Shown: positions 1 to 11,170, counted from the first letter of the stretch. The stretch is DNA of 64,000 bases from an uncultured bacterium (GCA_963822585.1 CAWGIE010000007.1:96001-160000); one strand, 5' to 3'. The notes: generated by a model from the sequence alone, not told the origin. Translations and numbers: made by a program.

Positions 1-5
1 GAACC

Positions 6-347
6 TTATTTATTCGCGTAACCGGCTTTTTTCTCCGCCACCACTTTCGGCTTCTTCTCCAGCTTGATAATTTCCAAACGAATTGTTGCGCCAAGGGCAT
101 TCGTTATTCTGCGCAGCATGCTCAGCGAATGGCCTTCATAGGAAGGAGATTCCAGGCGACTGATCTGTTGCTGTGAGGTGCCGGCTTTTCGAGCCAGCTC
201 CTTCTGTGACAAACCGGCTTCTTTGCGTAATACCGCCAATTTCAGGGCTATGTCCCAGGCTTCACCGGCTTTTTTAAAGCGGGCGGCAAAATCGTTATTC
301 TTCAATTGCTCTTCCAGATAAAGATCAAAATTTGTTTTGACTTTCAT
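6..347 (-). CDS. XRE-family HTH antitoxin (HigA-like)
   Basis: LRKEAGLSQKELARKAGTSQQQISRLE HTH motif; ATG at 347 overlaps the toxin stop (ATGA). Confidence 0.85.
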   Translation of the reverse strand: MKVKTNFDLYLEEQLKNNDFAARFKKAGEAWDIALKLAVLRKEAGLSQKELARKAGTSQQQISRLESPSYEGHSLSMLRRITNALGATIRLEIIKLEKKPKVVAEKKAGYANK

Positions 348-697
348 GAAGAACACCTCGCCAACCATTCACTTTTCCTGCTCAAGGCTGATTCCCGGTC
401 CCGCTTGGAGATTTCCCGGGCTTTGTTGCGAATACCATGAACCAGGATAATCCTTTGCCCTTTGCTGAAAAAATACAGCACCCGGGTGTTAAGTTTGCCG
501 ATATGTCTCAATTCGAACAGGCCGTCACCTATCGGTTTAGACAACGGCTCCCGATGATAAGCACGGTTCTTTATTTTACAGAGGCCGGCCAGGATAATCG
601 CGAAGTCGTCCGGATCGGATTCTTTGAGCCTATCTAAAAATTCCCGAACCGGATTTCGGCCGGTTTTCGATTCATAAAATTCTACTGTAAATTCCAT
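344..697 (-). CDS. RelE/ParE-superfamily toxin (HigB/Gp49-like)
   Basis: VEFYE..GRNPVREFL..KPIGDGLFELR..RVLYFF..IILVHG pattern; lies upstream of the XRE gene (toxin-first order). Confidence 0.85.
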   Translation of the reverse strand: MEFTVEFYESKTGRNPVREFLDRLKESDPDDFAIILAGLCKIKNRAYHREPLSKPIGDGLFELRHIGKLNTRVLYFFSKGQRIILVHGIRNKAREISKRDRESALSRKSEWLARCSS

Positions 698-704
698 AAT
701 GGCG

Positions 705-722
705 CAACATCAATATTGTTGT
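705..722. promoter_or_regulatory. Putative TA operator palindrome
   Basis: ACATCAATATTGTTGT imperfect palindrome around CAATATTG, just upstream of the toxin start. Confidence 0.4.
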
Positions 723-990
723 ATCTATTGGAGGGGAGGAAAATATTGTTTATCTTTAATCCCGCTTGAACGATAATAGGGCTGGAATTGGCTCAAATCC
801 GAACTATCACCGTATGGTGCGCGTGTCCTCACGGACTAGGATTTGGGCCGTTTTATGCCCGGTAAAGGCCCGAAGCAAATATCCCTGATCTTTTGTGCAA
901 GTCTATCGAGATTATTTCGAGGACTTTTCTATTCGATGTCCCCTTCATGATACCTTTCCTGAAGATTTGACTATGTCGTGTTTGTTGGGT

Positions 991-1060
991 TTATGTCCCT
1001 ATTGTCCCCATTATGTCCCCATTACATGTGAATCACGTTATTTGTCTCCATTGTCCCTAT
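991..1060. repeat. TGTCCC(C/T)ATT short tandem repeats
   Basis: TGTCCC at 994, 1003, 1014, 1052 and TGTCTC at 1043. Confidence 0.7.
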
Positions 1061-1136
1061 TGGGAGCGACAGCAAAGCAATCAAAATTCCAAGGAAACCG
1101 ATGAGATTGTTTCGTCGCTCTGCTCCTCGCAATGAC
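1061..1136. repeat. GTCATTGCG/GAAGCAATC REP-like element, copy 1
   Basis: AAAGCAATC...GAGATTGTTTCGTCGCTCTGCTCCTCGCAATGAC; related copies at 1240-1325 and 12083-12164. Confidence 0.65.
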
Positions 1137-1239
1137 TCCTTTTAAACAAGTTATTTCAGAGGTGATATACTAAGTTATTACTGAATTAGTCGGAAAAAAG
1201 GAGCTTTTTATTCCCCCTTTTCCTGATTTATTATTTCCT

Positions 1240-1325
1240 TCATTGCGTATGAGATGAAGCAATATAACGAATAAAAAACAAGGATTGCTTCGTCCCCCTC
1301 ACGTCGTTCGAGGCCCCGCAATGAC
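1240..1325. repeat. GTCATTGCG/GAAGCAATC REP-like element, copy 2
   Basis: TCATTGCG..GAAGCAAT...GATTGCTTC..CGCAATGAC inverted arrangement. Confidence 0.65.
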
Positions 1326-1464
1326 GTGTAATCTATTTTATGCTCTCCTTAATAAAAGGTTCACTATCGGATACAACATTCATTAATCGTCATTTTGTCC
1401 ATCAGTTTTGGCCGATTTTCGGCGCAGGGTGGTTGTAACCTATTGATTATTATGGTATTCCGCC

Positions 1465-1489
1465 AAAGTGGTGAACGGTTCACCACTTT
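1465..1489. promoter_or_regulatory. Perfect 12-bp inverted repeat, candidate ParB-like binding site
   Basis: AAAGTGGTGAAC-G-GTTCACCACTTT, about 80 bp downstream of the ParB-like gene. Confidence 0.5.
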
Positions 1490-1572
1490 CTTTATAACAA
1501 AGCGATCACTTTCCACTTAAGTGCATTCCCGATGTACGCTATGATACAGAAACTCTTATCTGGAGCAGGCGG

Positions 1573-2355
1573 TCAAAAGCAGAAGGTTAATGGGTCAGAT
1601 GGATAATTAAAAGTCAGTTTGCTCTTCTTGACGAGATCGGAGAATTCGATCTCATCCCCCAGTAATTCCTTGATACCAGGGTCATTCTCCGCCATTTGGT
1701 GGAGTAATTCCCGGTCACCGCTCAACCATTTTTCGTCAAGTTGATTGACCAGCTCACGAACCTGGGCTGATTGCAGCTTATCACGAAGAATCGCGCGATA
1801 TACCTTGAGCATCGCTTTATGGTCGGGGAGACGGTAAAACAATTTCAGATAGGCTTGTTTGACGGTCCCGTTTTCGAAACCCTGTATAATCTCTTTAGGG
1901 AACTTGTCGAAGATGCCGATCGAACGGACGACCGAGGTGTGGGACTTTCCTATCATAGTCCCCAGTTCCCGGTAGCTCTTGAAGTAGCCGGTCTCCCAGG
2001 CCAGTTTGTAGCCCTTGGCCTTCTCGAAGGGGGTGAGGTCGGCCCGGTTCTCGTTGATCGCCACCTGCCGGCGGACCGCCTCCTTCGGTGTCATCTCCTC
2101 CACGATGGCCGGAATGGTCATCCACTTGCGGCCTTCCTTCTCGTAGAGGGAACTGTAAGCGCGGTAACGCCGCTCACCGTCCACCAGTTCGTATTGCTCC
2201 TTTCCCACGGGACGGACAATGACGCGGACGAGGAGGCCGGTGGTGAGAATGGACTCGGCCAGCTTATTGAGGGCCTTTTCGTCGATGCTCTGGACGCGTA
2301 TGTGGTTTTCGGGAATGGAGATCGCGCTCAGGGGGATGTCTTTCAGTGTTTCCAT
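1573..2355 (-). CDS. ParB/RepB/Spo0J-family protein (orphan, no adjacent ParA)
   Basis: ELVDGERRYRA CTP-binding motif, INENRADLTPFE, HTH SYRELGTMIGKSHTSV; GGGAGG RBS before ATG 2355. Confidence 0.85.
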   Translation of the reverse strand: METLKDIPLSAISIPENHIRVQSIDEKALNKLAESILTTGLLVRVIVRPVGKEQYELVDGERRYRAYSSLYEKEGRKWMTIPAIVEEMTPKEAVRRQVAINENRADLTPFEKAKGYKLAWETGYFKSYRELGTMIGKSHTSVVRSIGIFDKFPKEIIQGFENGTVKQAYLKLFYRLPDHKAMLKVYRAILRDKLQSAQVRELVNQLDEKWLSGDRELLHQMAENDPGIKELLGDEIEFSDLVKKSKLTFNYPSDPLTFCF

Positions 2356-2371
2356 CTTACCCTCCCGGGTT

Positions 2372-2400
2372 TTTGCCACCAAGGCACCAAGACACTAAGA
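2372..2400. repeat. CACCAAG(A/G) 8-mer periodic element, single arm
   Basis: TTGCCACCAAGGCACCAAGACACTAAGA; matches the arm at 45223 including the upstream CCCGGGTTTT. Confidence 0.7.
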
Positions 2401-2609
2401 AAAGATATTATTATAATCCCTGTTCGCGAAGTAATGGAAACATTCGGGAGATGGATAGTGTAACAATTTTTGGGGGTGGCGGACAACCGAAAAGATGGTT
2501 GCCGCCTTATGAGGTGCAAGTGGATTGCCGGTGAACTTATTCACCCATCCCGGTAAAAACCGGGGGGGATTTGATGGGAGGGATACCCGTGACATACTAC
2601 ACGGGACGA

Positions 2610-3443
2610 TCAGGGGGTGGCAACGTCTTGCTCGGCGCGCTCGCGGCGGATTTTCTGGAACTGTTCATCCCGGCGGCGGCGGGATTCTTCTCCGGAAGCG
2701 GCCAGTTTCGGGTCGTTCCACATGGCGTTGTACTCGGCCAGGAAATCGTCGACCAGGTGCTTCTCCTCGGGGCCGGAGAAGATCATGATGTTCTCCAGGT
2801 TCTTGATCTCGGCCGAGCTCGACCAGTTGTAGCTCCCGGTGGCGAGGAGGTCGCCGTTGACGATTACCGCCTTGTGGTGCCAGATGTGCGACTTCTGGTG
2901 GAAGTGGTCATAGGCCGGACCGCCTTCCTGGTCGCTCCAGGACCACCCGGGATAGTAATGATACTTCACCTCGATATTGGGGATCGGCTTGCCCCGGAAC
3001 TGGCTCATCAGCTCGTTGTAGACCTTTTCTTCCTGGTAGGCCCGCTTTTCTTCATCCTTGATATAGGAAGACTCCCTCTTCGCCTCGGCCCGGTAATGCT
3101 CCTTGTCGCCGGAAATGACGTTCTCGATGTAGGGGATCATGGAGTAGTCCGAGTCGAGCATGCTCAGGTTGGCGAGGACCCGGATCTTGACGTCGGGGAA
3201 CTTGTGGCCGATCCGGAGGAGCGTGTCGGCCAGGCGGCGGGAGGTGAAGCTGAAGATGGCCACGTCGATCGTCCCCTGCCCTTCCTTTTCGGCCCGGGCC
3301 ACCGCCTGCGAGAAGCACTGGAGGATCTCGTTGGAGAGAGGGGTCTGGCTGTTGAAGACGACCCTGATTTCAGCCGAGGCGGAAGCGGCCGTGAGCAGGA
3401 TAGCCGTCAGCAGCAGCATAATGACGACCGGTCTCCTCATCAT
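2610..3443 (-). CDS. Exported phospholipase D-family protein (single HxK motif, D replaced by N)
   Basis: Signal peptide ending ASA; IDVAIFSFT; HHKAVIVNGDLLATGSYNWS..NLEN; ATGA overlap with the upstream gene. Confidence 0.8.
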   Translation of the reverse strand: MMRRPVVIMLLLTAILLTAASASAEIRVVFNSQTPLSNEILQCFSQAVARAEKEGQGTIDVAIFSFTSRRLADTLLRIGHKFPDVKIRVLANLSMLDSDYSMIPYIENVISGDKEHYRAEAKRESSYIKDEEKRAYQEEKVYNELMSQFRGKPIPNIEVKYHYYPGWSWSDQEGGPAYDHFHQKSHIWHHKAVIVNGDLLATGSYNWSSSAEIKNLENIMIFSGPEEKHLVDDFLAEYNAMWNDPKLAASGEESRRRRDEQFQKIRRERAEQDVATP

Positions 3444-4120
3444 TTCCCCTCCCCGGGCGGCGGCCCTATCCGCCACCGCCCCATCGCCCAGAGACGTTCG
3501 AATTCTTCCTGGAAGGCTTTGACTACTTCGGGGCAGTTCCAGAAGAAGAACCGGTTCTCGTGGTAGATCAGCGTGGCCAGGCGGCTGATGTTGGCCGAGC
3601 CGTTGTAGCAGTCGGCGCCGTCGAAGATCCCGAACTTCTCGTGCATGGTTTTGAAGGGAATACCGGTAAGCTTTTCCGCCTTTTCCGGGTCGAGCACCTT
3701 GACCTCGATCATCGGCCGCTCTTTCGCCAGGTCCTCGATCATCGGATCGATGATCGGTTGTTCGGTGACGAAATCGGCGATTGACTCGTCGAGAAAGAGC
3801 CGGATTTTCACCCCCCGGCGGTTGGCGGCCAGGAGTTCAAAATACTCATCGGAACGGTTGTCCAGGATATAGGAAGCGATATCGATCGTCTTTTTCGCCC
3901 GGCGGATCATGTCCACCAGGGGGTTGCTCATGTTCCCGGAGGCTTCCTTCTCGCTGGTCAGGTCCGGCTGGAGGAGCATGATCTTCTTGTTGTAATTTTG
4001 CGGGGCCAGGCCGCCGGTGGGGCCGAAGAAGACCTCCGTCCGGCAGTGCGGAGCGGGTTCCCCGGCGAAAACCGGGAATGACAGCAGTGCGATGAATAAG
4101 ATAAATGCCGCGATCTTCAT
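3440..4120 (-). CDS. Exported phospholipase D-family protein (single HKD motif)
   Basis: Signal peptide ending VFA; AKKTIDIASY; MHEKFGIFDGADCYNGSANIS..HEN. Confidence 0.8.
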   Translation of the reverse strand: MKIAAFILFIALLSFPVFAGEPAPHCRTEVFFGPTGGLAPQNYNKKIMLLQPDLTSEKEASGNMSNPLVDMIRRAKKTIDIASYILDNRSDEYFELLAANRRGVKIRLFLDESIADFVTEQPIIDPMIEDLAKERPMIEVKVLDPEKAEKLTGIPFKTMHEKFGIFDGADCYNGSANISRLATLIYHENRFFFWNCPEVVKAFQEEFERLWAMGRWRIGPPPGEGK

Positions 4121-4234
4121 GCCGGATCATTATACCGAATTCACGCCATCACTCCAAAATCTTTTTACGGCAATAAATAATCTTCCTGCTTTCATCGACT
4201 TGCCGATTTGGATATTAAAAGGAGGAGCAAGCTG

Positions 4235-4440
4235 TGTAGTATCGCCCTTCCGCTTTGCTGCAGGGCTTGTAGGATCAGAATGCCTCCGGCATTCTTTGTA
4301 GGATTTGTAGGACCGCTTCGCTTGCAGTTAAGCAAGCCGTGCCTCCGGCACGGCGATACTACATTTACTACATCTCCTACAAGTCCTTCATGGAGTGAAG
4401 GACAATCCGGCATAAATGAGCGAGCGCGGCGAGCTAATTT
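4235..4440 (-). repeat. 200-bp GTAG-linker hairpin-array element, copy 1
   Basis: Reverse complement aligns with 8970-9173 and 46632-46846. Confidence 0.85.
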
Positions 4441-4462
4441 ACCGTTTCGGAATTTCAATAAT

Positions 4463-4553
4463 TTCGTAGTACAGGGCTTTTCCGCCCAATGCGGATCAGC
4501 CTCAGGCTGAAGCCCTGCCTAACAGGGGCAGGACTGAAGTCCTGCACTACGAA
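4463..4553. repeat. GTAG-family REP doublet
   Basis: TTCGTAGTACAGGGCTT...AAGTCCTGCACTACGAA inverted termini. Confidence 0.7.
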
Positions 4554-4568
4554 GTTGCGTTGGAAGCG

Positions 4569-5262
4569 CTAGCTTATTTCCATGAACGACTTAAATCGCT
4601 CAAACGGGGTTGCCGTGGGCAGGCCCCGTTTCTCCAGGTAGGCGATCACCGCCGGGTCATCGGTCCGGATGTAGGGGTTGATTTTCTTTTCGTCGCCGAT
4701 GGTGGAGACGACGGGGGGCGGAGAGTAGGCTTCCCGGAACCGGCGGATGGCTTCGTTCCCCGGCTCGATCTCCCCCGCCCGCCTCAGCGAGTGCTCGGTG
4801 TAATCGTGGCCGGGGTAAACCACTGTGTCATCGGGGAGCGAGAGCAGCCGGTCGAGCGATTCCCGGAAGGTCGGGAGCAGGCCGGGGGGGCAGTTGCCGG
4901 CGTTGGCGATGAAGAGGGTGTCACCCGTGATCACCCAGCCGTCGTCGGAAAAAACAGACCGAATCCGGGGTATGGCCCGGCGTCGGGATCACCTCGATCG
5001 TCTCGTCTCCCAGGGAAATGTTTTCTCCGCCGGCGGAGGGGACGACCCGGACGCCGAATTCGGCCGCCAGCCGCCGGTTGCCCGAGGTGTGATCCCCGTG
5101 GGAATGGGTGTTCCGGATCTCCTGCAGACGAAGGCAGTGCCCGCGCACGTAGCCGGCGACGAAACCGGGGTCGCCGGGATCGATCGCGAGCGCCTCCTTC
5201 CCGTCGTGAACCAGGTAGCCGAGGTTGTCCCCGCCGTACCCGAACTGCACCACCTGCAGCAT
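4569..5262 (-). CDS. gloB: Hydroxyacylglutathione hydrolase (glyoxalase II), frameshifted near 4950
   Basis: THSHGDH and TPGHT in ORF 4921-5262; TGDTLF, VYPGHDY and EKKINPY in ORF 4569-4934; break at A6 run 4949-4954. Confidence 0.8.
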
Positions 5263-5301
5263 CTCTCCTATTCCTCCTCTCTATACCTCATGCAATTCTA
5301 C

Positions 5302-5390
5302 ACCATGAAGGACACGAAGAAAATGCATTAAGAGGTAAGGGGTCAGAACAATATCTGTTTCATCTTCGTGATCTTCGTGTACTTCGTGGT
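5302..5390. repeat. CACGAAG 9-mer periodic palindromic element
   Basis: ACCATGAAGGACACGAAG...CTTCGTGATCTTCGTGTACTTCGTGGT. Confidence 0.8.
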
Positions 5391-5446
5391 CATCATTGTG
5401 GTATTTTTCGACAGGGAAATTTACTAATGCAGCAAGAATCGTTTCA

Positions 5447-6386
5447 ATGAAACAATTGTACATCCTCGATCCGTTCGAAAAGCTCGGTATCGAACACGAC
5501 ACCTCCATCCTCCTGATGAACGAGGCGATCGGACGCGGGAGCGAGGTTTATTCCTGCACCGAGTTCGATATCTCCCGGGATAATCGAGGGCTCTCCTGCC
5601 GCGCCCGGCGCCATGAAAAGGAGATCGGCCCTTCCATCAGGGATGAGGCGGCGGTGGCTCGTTCCCAGCGATCCGGAGTCGTTCGACTGCGTCCTGATCC
5701 GGAAAGACCCTCCCTTCGACTCCTCTTACCTGACCCTGCTCCTGCTTCTTGAGGAGCTGAGGCGTCCCCTGGTCATCAACAGCCCCGGCGCCCTCCTCCG
5801 TTACAACGAAAAACTCTCCATCTTTCTCTTTCCGGATTATATCACCGAGACGCTCGCCTCCTCCTCTCTCGACCGGATCAGGAATTTTATCCGGGAGGTC
5901 GGCGGGACGGCCGTCCTCAAGCCGCTCTTCAGCTGCAGCGGCCGCGGCGTTAAACTCCTCCGCGATTCCGATCCCTCGCTCGACGATGAAATTCTTTCTT
6001 CGACCGGCAACGGCACCCGGAAGGTGATGCTCCAGCGTTATCTCCCGGTGACGACCGAAGGCGAAACGCGCGTTTTCCTGCTCGAAGACCGGGTCCTGGC
6101 GGTGATGAAAAAGTTCCCGGCCCCGGGGTCCTTCAAGGCCAACTTCGACTTCGGCGCCCGGGGTCTTCCTCACACCCTGACCTCCCGGGAAGAGGCCGTC
6201 TGCCGGGCCGTGGGAACGTTCTGCGCGAGAGCGGGGATCATCCTCTCCGCTCTCGACCTGATCGACGGCTGCCTCTCCGAGTTCAACATCACCAGTCCGG
6301 GGCTTTTGGTCGAATCGAACCGGGTAAACAACGCCCGCTACCAGGAAGATGTCATACGATTCGTAACCGATCGATCAGGGCGTTGA
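5447..6386 (+). CDS. gshB: Glutathione synthetase (ATP-grasp), frameshifted near 5650-5665
   Basis: N-terminus MKQLYILDP..HDTS..MNEA; continues in another frame as FDCVLIRKDPPFD, NEKL, KPL..SGRGV, EFNITSP. Confidence 0.8.
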
Positions 6387-7563
6387 TCCCCCCTTCCCCG
6401 GTGAAGACCTCGCGGGCGCGGTCGGCCGCAGTCCTCCCTTCCCGAAGAATAACTTCAATGGGAGCCAGGTACTTCGCTTCATCCGCCGGTAGGCCGGCCC
6501 GGGCCCGTTCCAGCAATACGGCCGGCGTCACCAGCGGATCGTAAACCTCCTCACCGTAGAAGAGTCCCTTCACGCAAGCGGTAATCGCCAGCACCATCTC
6601 GGGGCGGTTGGAATCGAAGGTCCGGATCTCCAGCGTGGTATTGTTGAACCGCACCAGGGAGAAGATCGTGTTCAGGTGAGTGCGCCAGTCGTCGAGATCG
6701 GGGTAGGTCCCCTGAAAACCTTTCAGGAGAAATTCCCGGAAGGTAAGCCGCTCCTTCATCTCATGATACCGTCCGTCCCGGTAGAGAAAGATGATCGGGA
6801 CACCGAGCGCGTAATCGACATAATCGGCGAAGGAACCGATCGCATGCCCGCAGCCGGCCGGGACGCCGCTCCTCTCCCGGTCGGTCCGGCACCAGATTCT
6901 CTTCCGGAAGCTGCCGGTATACCGGTAGGCGCGGTCGTAGATCGGGGAATTGGCGAAGATGTCGGTCAGGAGATCGGAGAGGGAGACGGCGTTCTGAATC
7001 TTGCGAACGGCGTCCTCTTCCGAGTTATAGTCGATGCTGACCTGGACGGAGGCCGTCTGTTTCATCATGTAGAGGCTCAGGCCCGTCTTCGCTTCCCAGT
7101 ACTTCCGCATGATCCGGTAGCGCTGCTTCGGCATCCAGGGGACGGCGGGAAAGGAGTTGACCGGATCGACCCCGGAGGCGATAAAGACGGTCCGCGGGGA
7201 GCCGGCTTCTTTCAGCAGGGAGAGGTATCTGTCCAGTTTACCGGATAGTTCCCCGACCGTGCGGCTGGGGGTGAAGGAGGCCTCGAACTGGCCGCCCGGC
7301 TCGATACTGATGCTGAAATCATCGTCCCGGAGGCCGATCGGGCGGCCGGCTTCCATCACCGCCTCACCGCCGGTGAGTTCGAGAAGAGCAGCCAGGATTT
7401 CCCCGATCCCGGAGGATCCGTCATAGGCAAGGCGGGAATAGTCGTCTTTGTTCAGACAGAATATCTCGTACTCCGTTCCCACCCGGTTCCGGGAAGGGGG
7501 CACCACCGACCCCCGGAAGGTTTCGACCAGATCATCGGCAGTCAATCTCACCTGTCCGCTCAT
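6352..7563 (-). CDS. gshA: Glutamate--cysteine ligase (GCS2 / plant-type)
   Basis: RVGTEYE, ISIEPGGQFE, WMPKQRYRIM, MMKQTASVQVSIDY, FANSP, LEIRTFD. Confidence 0.85.
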   Translation of the reverse strand: MSGQVRLTADDLVETFRGSVVPPSRNRVGTEYEIFCLNKDDYSRLAYDGSSGIGEILAALLELTGGEAVMEAGRPIGLRDDDFSISIEPGGQFEASFTPSRTVGELSGKLDRYLSLLKEAGSPRTVFIASGVDPVNSFPAVPWMPKQRYRIMRKYWEAKTGLSLYMMKQTASVQVSIDYNSEEDAVRKIQNAVSLSDLLTDIFANSPIYDRAYRYTGSFRKRIWCRTDRERSGVPAGCGHAIGSFADYVDYALGVPIIFLYRDGRYHEMKERLTFREFLLKGFQGTYPDLDDWRTHLNTIFSLVRFNNTTLEIRTFDSNRPEMVLAITACVKGLFYGEEVYDPLVTPAVLLERARAGLPADEAKYLAPIEVILREGRTAADRAREVFTGEGGINALIDRLRIV

Positions 7564-7684
7564 GATAACGGTATCTTATCAAAGCCCCTCCGGAAAGGAA
7601 ATCCCAAATTATTCCAGAAAAAAGTGGATAATCACCGTCGATACTGTAGACTCATTTACTGATGAAAACAACCGCCACTTTTAA

Positions 7685-8968
<1,284 letters not shown>

Positions 8969-8969
8969 T

Positions 8970-9173
8970 AAATTAGCTCGCTGCGCTCGCAAATTTATGT
9001 AGGATCGTCCTTCACTCCGTGAAGGACTTGCAGGAGATGGAGTAAATGTAGTATCGCCTTGCCTGCGGCAAGACTTGCAAATACAAGCGAAGCGATCCTA
9101 CAATTCCCACAAAGAATGCCGGAGGCATTCCGATCCGACAAGTCCTGAAGCGAAGCGGAAGGACGATACTACA
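8970..9173 (+). repeat. 200-bp GTAG-linker hairpin-array element, copy 2
   Basis: Begins 2 nt after the eno stop; TGTAG(G/T)ATC and GAT(C/A)CTACA linkers flank hairpins. Confidence 0.85.
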
Positions 9174-9227
9174 TGTCATTTAATGCATCTCTCTTCCTTT
9201 GAAATCCCGAAATAGAAAATTCGCGCT

Positions 9228-9572
9228 TTGAACAGATTTTTGAAGATATTCTGGCTGCTTTTGCTGCTGGCGCTGCTGTCCGGATTCGGCTGTCTCTTCT
9301 ACCATAAGCTCGGCCAGCTGAACGAACTCCGGCGGCAGCGTATCGCTTATGAGAAGAAGGTCATCTTCCTCGAAGCCGAGGTGACACGGCTCAGCCGGGA
9401 GATCGAGGAAATCCGGAATAACCCGGATCGCCTCGAAAAACTGGCCCGGGAGAAACTGGGCATGGCGGGGAAGAACGAGAAGATCTTCATCATCGAGCCG
9501 ACACCGGGTGTTGAGCAACCGTTGCCCGGAAAGGACAAATCATCCCCTAATCAACATGGAGTAATGGAATGA
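9228..9572 (+). CDS. ftsB: Septum formation initiator FtsB/DivIC
   Basis: N-terminal TM, coiled coil, LEKLAREKLGM..E motif; downstream of eno. Confidence 0.8.
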   Translation: MNRFLKIFWLLLLLALLSGFGCLFYHKLGQLNELRRQRIAYEKKVIFLEAEVTRLSREIEEIRNNPDRLEKLAREKLGMAGKNEKIFIIEPTPGVEQPLPGKDKSSPNQHGVME

Positions 9573-9644
9573 TGGGGTGGTGGAGTAATGGGGGATCGCC
9601 GGGCGCTTGTCCATTATTCCAGTATTCCATCACTCCAACACTCC
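9556..9644. repeat. ATGGAGTA 8-mer periodic palindromic element
   Basis: ATGGAGTAATGGAATGATGG...CCATTATTCCAGTATTCCATCACTCCAACACTCC; contains the ftsB stop. Confidence 0.8.
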
Positions 9645-9672
9645 CTCTTGCCGCCCGATGGCGGCAACTCCC

Positions 9673-11158
9673 ATGACATTCGCGCCTCTTGATTACATCG
9701 TCCTCGGCCTTTACTTCGTCTCCATCGCTTCCATCGGTCTCCTGGCCGGCCGGCGCGAAAAAAACACCGAAGATTACTTCCTGGGCGGACGGTCGATGCC
9801 CTGGTGGGCGGTCACCTTCTCCATCCTGGCCACCGAGGTGAGCGCGGTTACCTTTATCGGCGCGCCGGGGGCGTCATACCGGGGCAATTACGCCTATCTC
9901 CAGTTCGCCTTCGGTTCCCTCCTGGGCCGGGGCCTGATCGCGTGGCTCTTTCTCCCCGCTTTCTACCGGGGCCGGGTCACCTCGATCTACGAGTTTTTGG
10001 CCCAGCGCTTCGGGGAACGGAGCCGGCTGACCGCGGTGATCTTCTTCTTCGTCACCCGGCTTTTGGCCAGCGGGGTGCGGCTCCTGGTCGTTTCCCTGGT
10101 GCTGAGCGTGGTCACCGGTTTCCCTCTCTTCGTCATCATCATCGCGGTGGCGGTGATCGCCCTTTTCTACACCCTGATCGGCGGGATCAAGGCGGTCATC
10201 TGGACCGACGTCTTTCAGTTCATCATCTTCATGGGGGGGGCCTGGGTCGTTATCGGCTTTCTCCTCAATGCTATCCCCGGGGGATGGTCGGGGATGAAAA
10301 ACCTGGTCGCCCCGGATAAGCTGCGGATATTCGACTTCCACCTCTCCCTCACCGGCAGCACTTTTTTCCTGGTCGCCTTCATCAACGGCTGTTTCCAGAC
10401 CTTCGCGGCGCTGGGCACCGACCAGGATCTGACCCAGCGGATGCTCACCTGCAAAAACCTCCGGCAGGGGCAGCGGGCCCTGCTCCTGACCGGGATCATC
10501 GATTTTCCCATCGTCTTCACCTATCTCCTGATCGGGACCGCCCTCTTCTGCGTTTACGACGTCATGGGGGGACACCTTCCCGACCGCCATCTCATCCGAT
10601 CCCGATACCATCTTCCCCTACTTCATCATGACCGCGCTCCCGGCCGGGGTCCGGGGGCTGCTGATCGCCTCCATCTTCGCCGCCGCCATGTCCAGCCTGG
10701 ACTCGGCCATCAACGCCCTTTCCTCGAGCGCGATCATGGATATCTACCGGCCCTTCATCCGTCCCGGGGCTTCCGAGAAACACTACCTCGCCGTCTCCCG
10801 GGTCTTCGTGGCCGTCTTCTGCCTTCTTCTGATCGGGGCCGCGATCCTCCTCAACAACATTCCGGGAGGAAAGCTCTGGCTCGGTTTCAAGGTGACCGGG
10901 TTCACGTACGGCGCCCTCCTGGGCGTCTTCCTGCTGGGGGTCCTGACCAAGAAGAGCAACGACCGGATGAACCTCTGGGCGATGGTGAGCAGTTCCCTCC
11001 TCCTCCTGGCCCTTACCCTGTTCGAGCATTTTTTCCTGGCGGGAAAAACCCTTCTCGCCTGGCCCTGGTATGTGGTGGCGGGGACGGTCTGGACTTTCTT
11101 CTGGGGTTGGCTTCTTTCTTTGCCTTCATTTAATGCTTCGAAATCGAAAAGCAACTAA
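9673..11158 (+). CDS. Sodium:solute symporter (SSS), frameshifted near 10570
   Basis: DYFLGGRSMPWW, GGIKAVIWTD, DQDLTQR; continues in another frame as FAAAMSSLDSAINA; break at G6 run 10566-10571. Confidence 0.85.
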
Positions 11159-11170
11159 CAAAGCATTTTC

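Noticed and set aside
6..860. Integron cassette interpretation of the TA module
   Set aside because: No convincing RYYYAAC...GTTRRRY attC site or integrase in the window
895..1104. 69-aa Cys/Pro-rich ORF
   Set aside because: The CPYCPHY pattern is simply translation of the TGTCCC repeats; no RBS
4192..4510. ORFs across the 200-bp element (also 46595-46875)
   Set aside because: Frames are not conserved between copies, whereas base pairing is
8970..9173. CRISPR array interpretation of the linker/hairpin and periodic repeats
   Set aside because: Constant parts are only 7-10 bp, arms are inverted, intervening sequences are hairpins, and there are no cas genes
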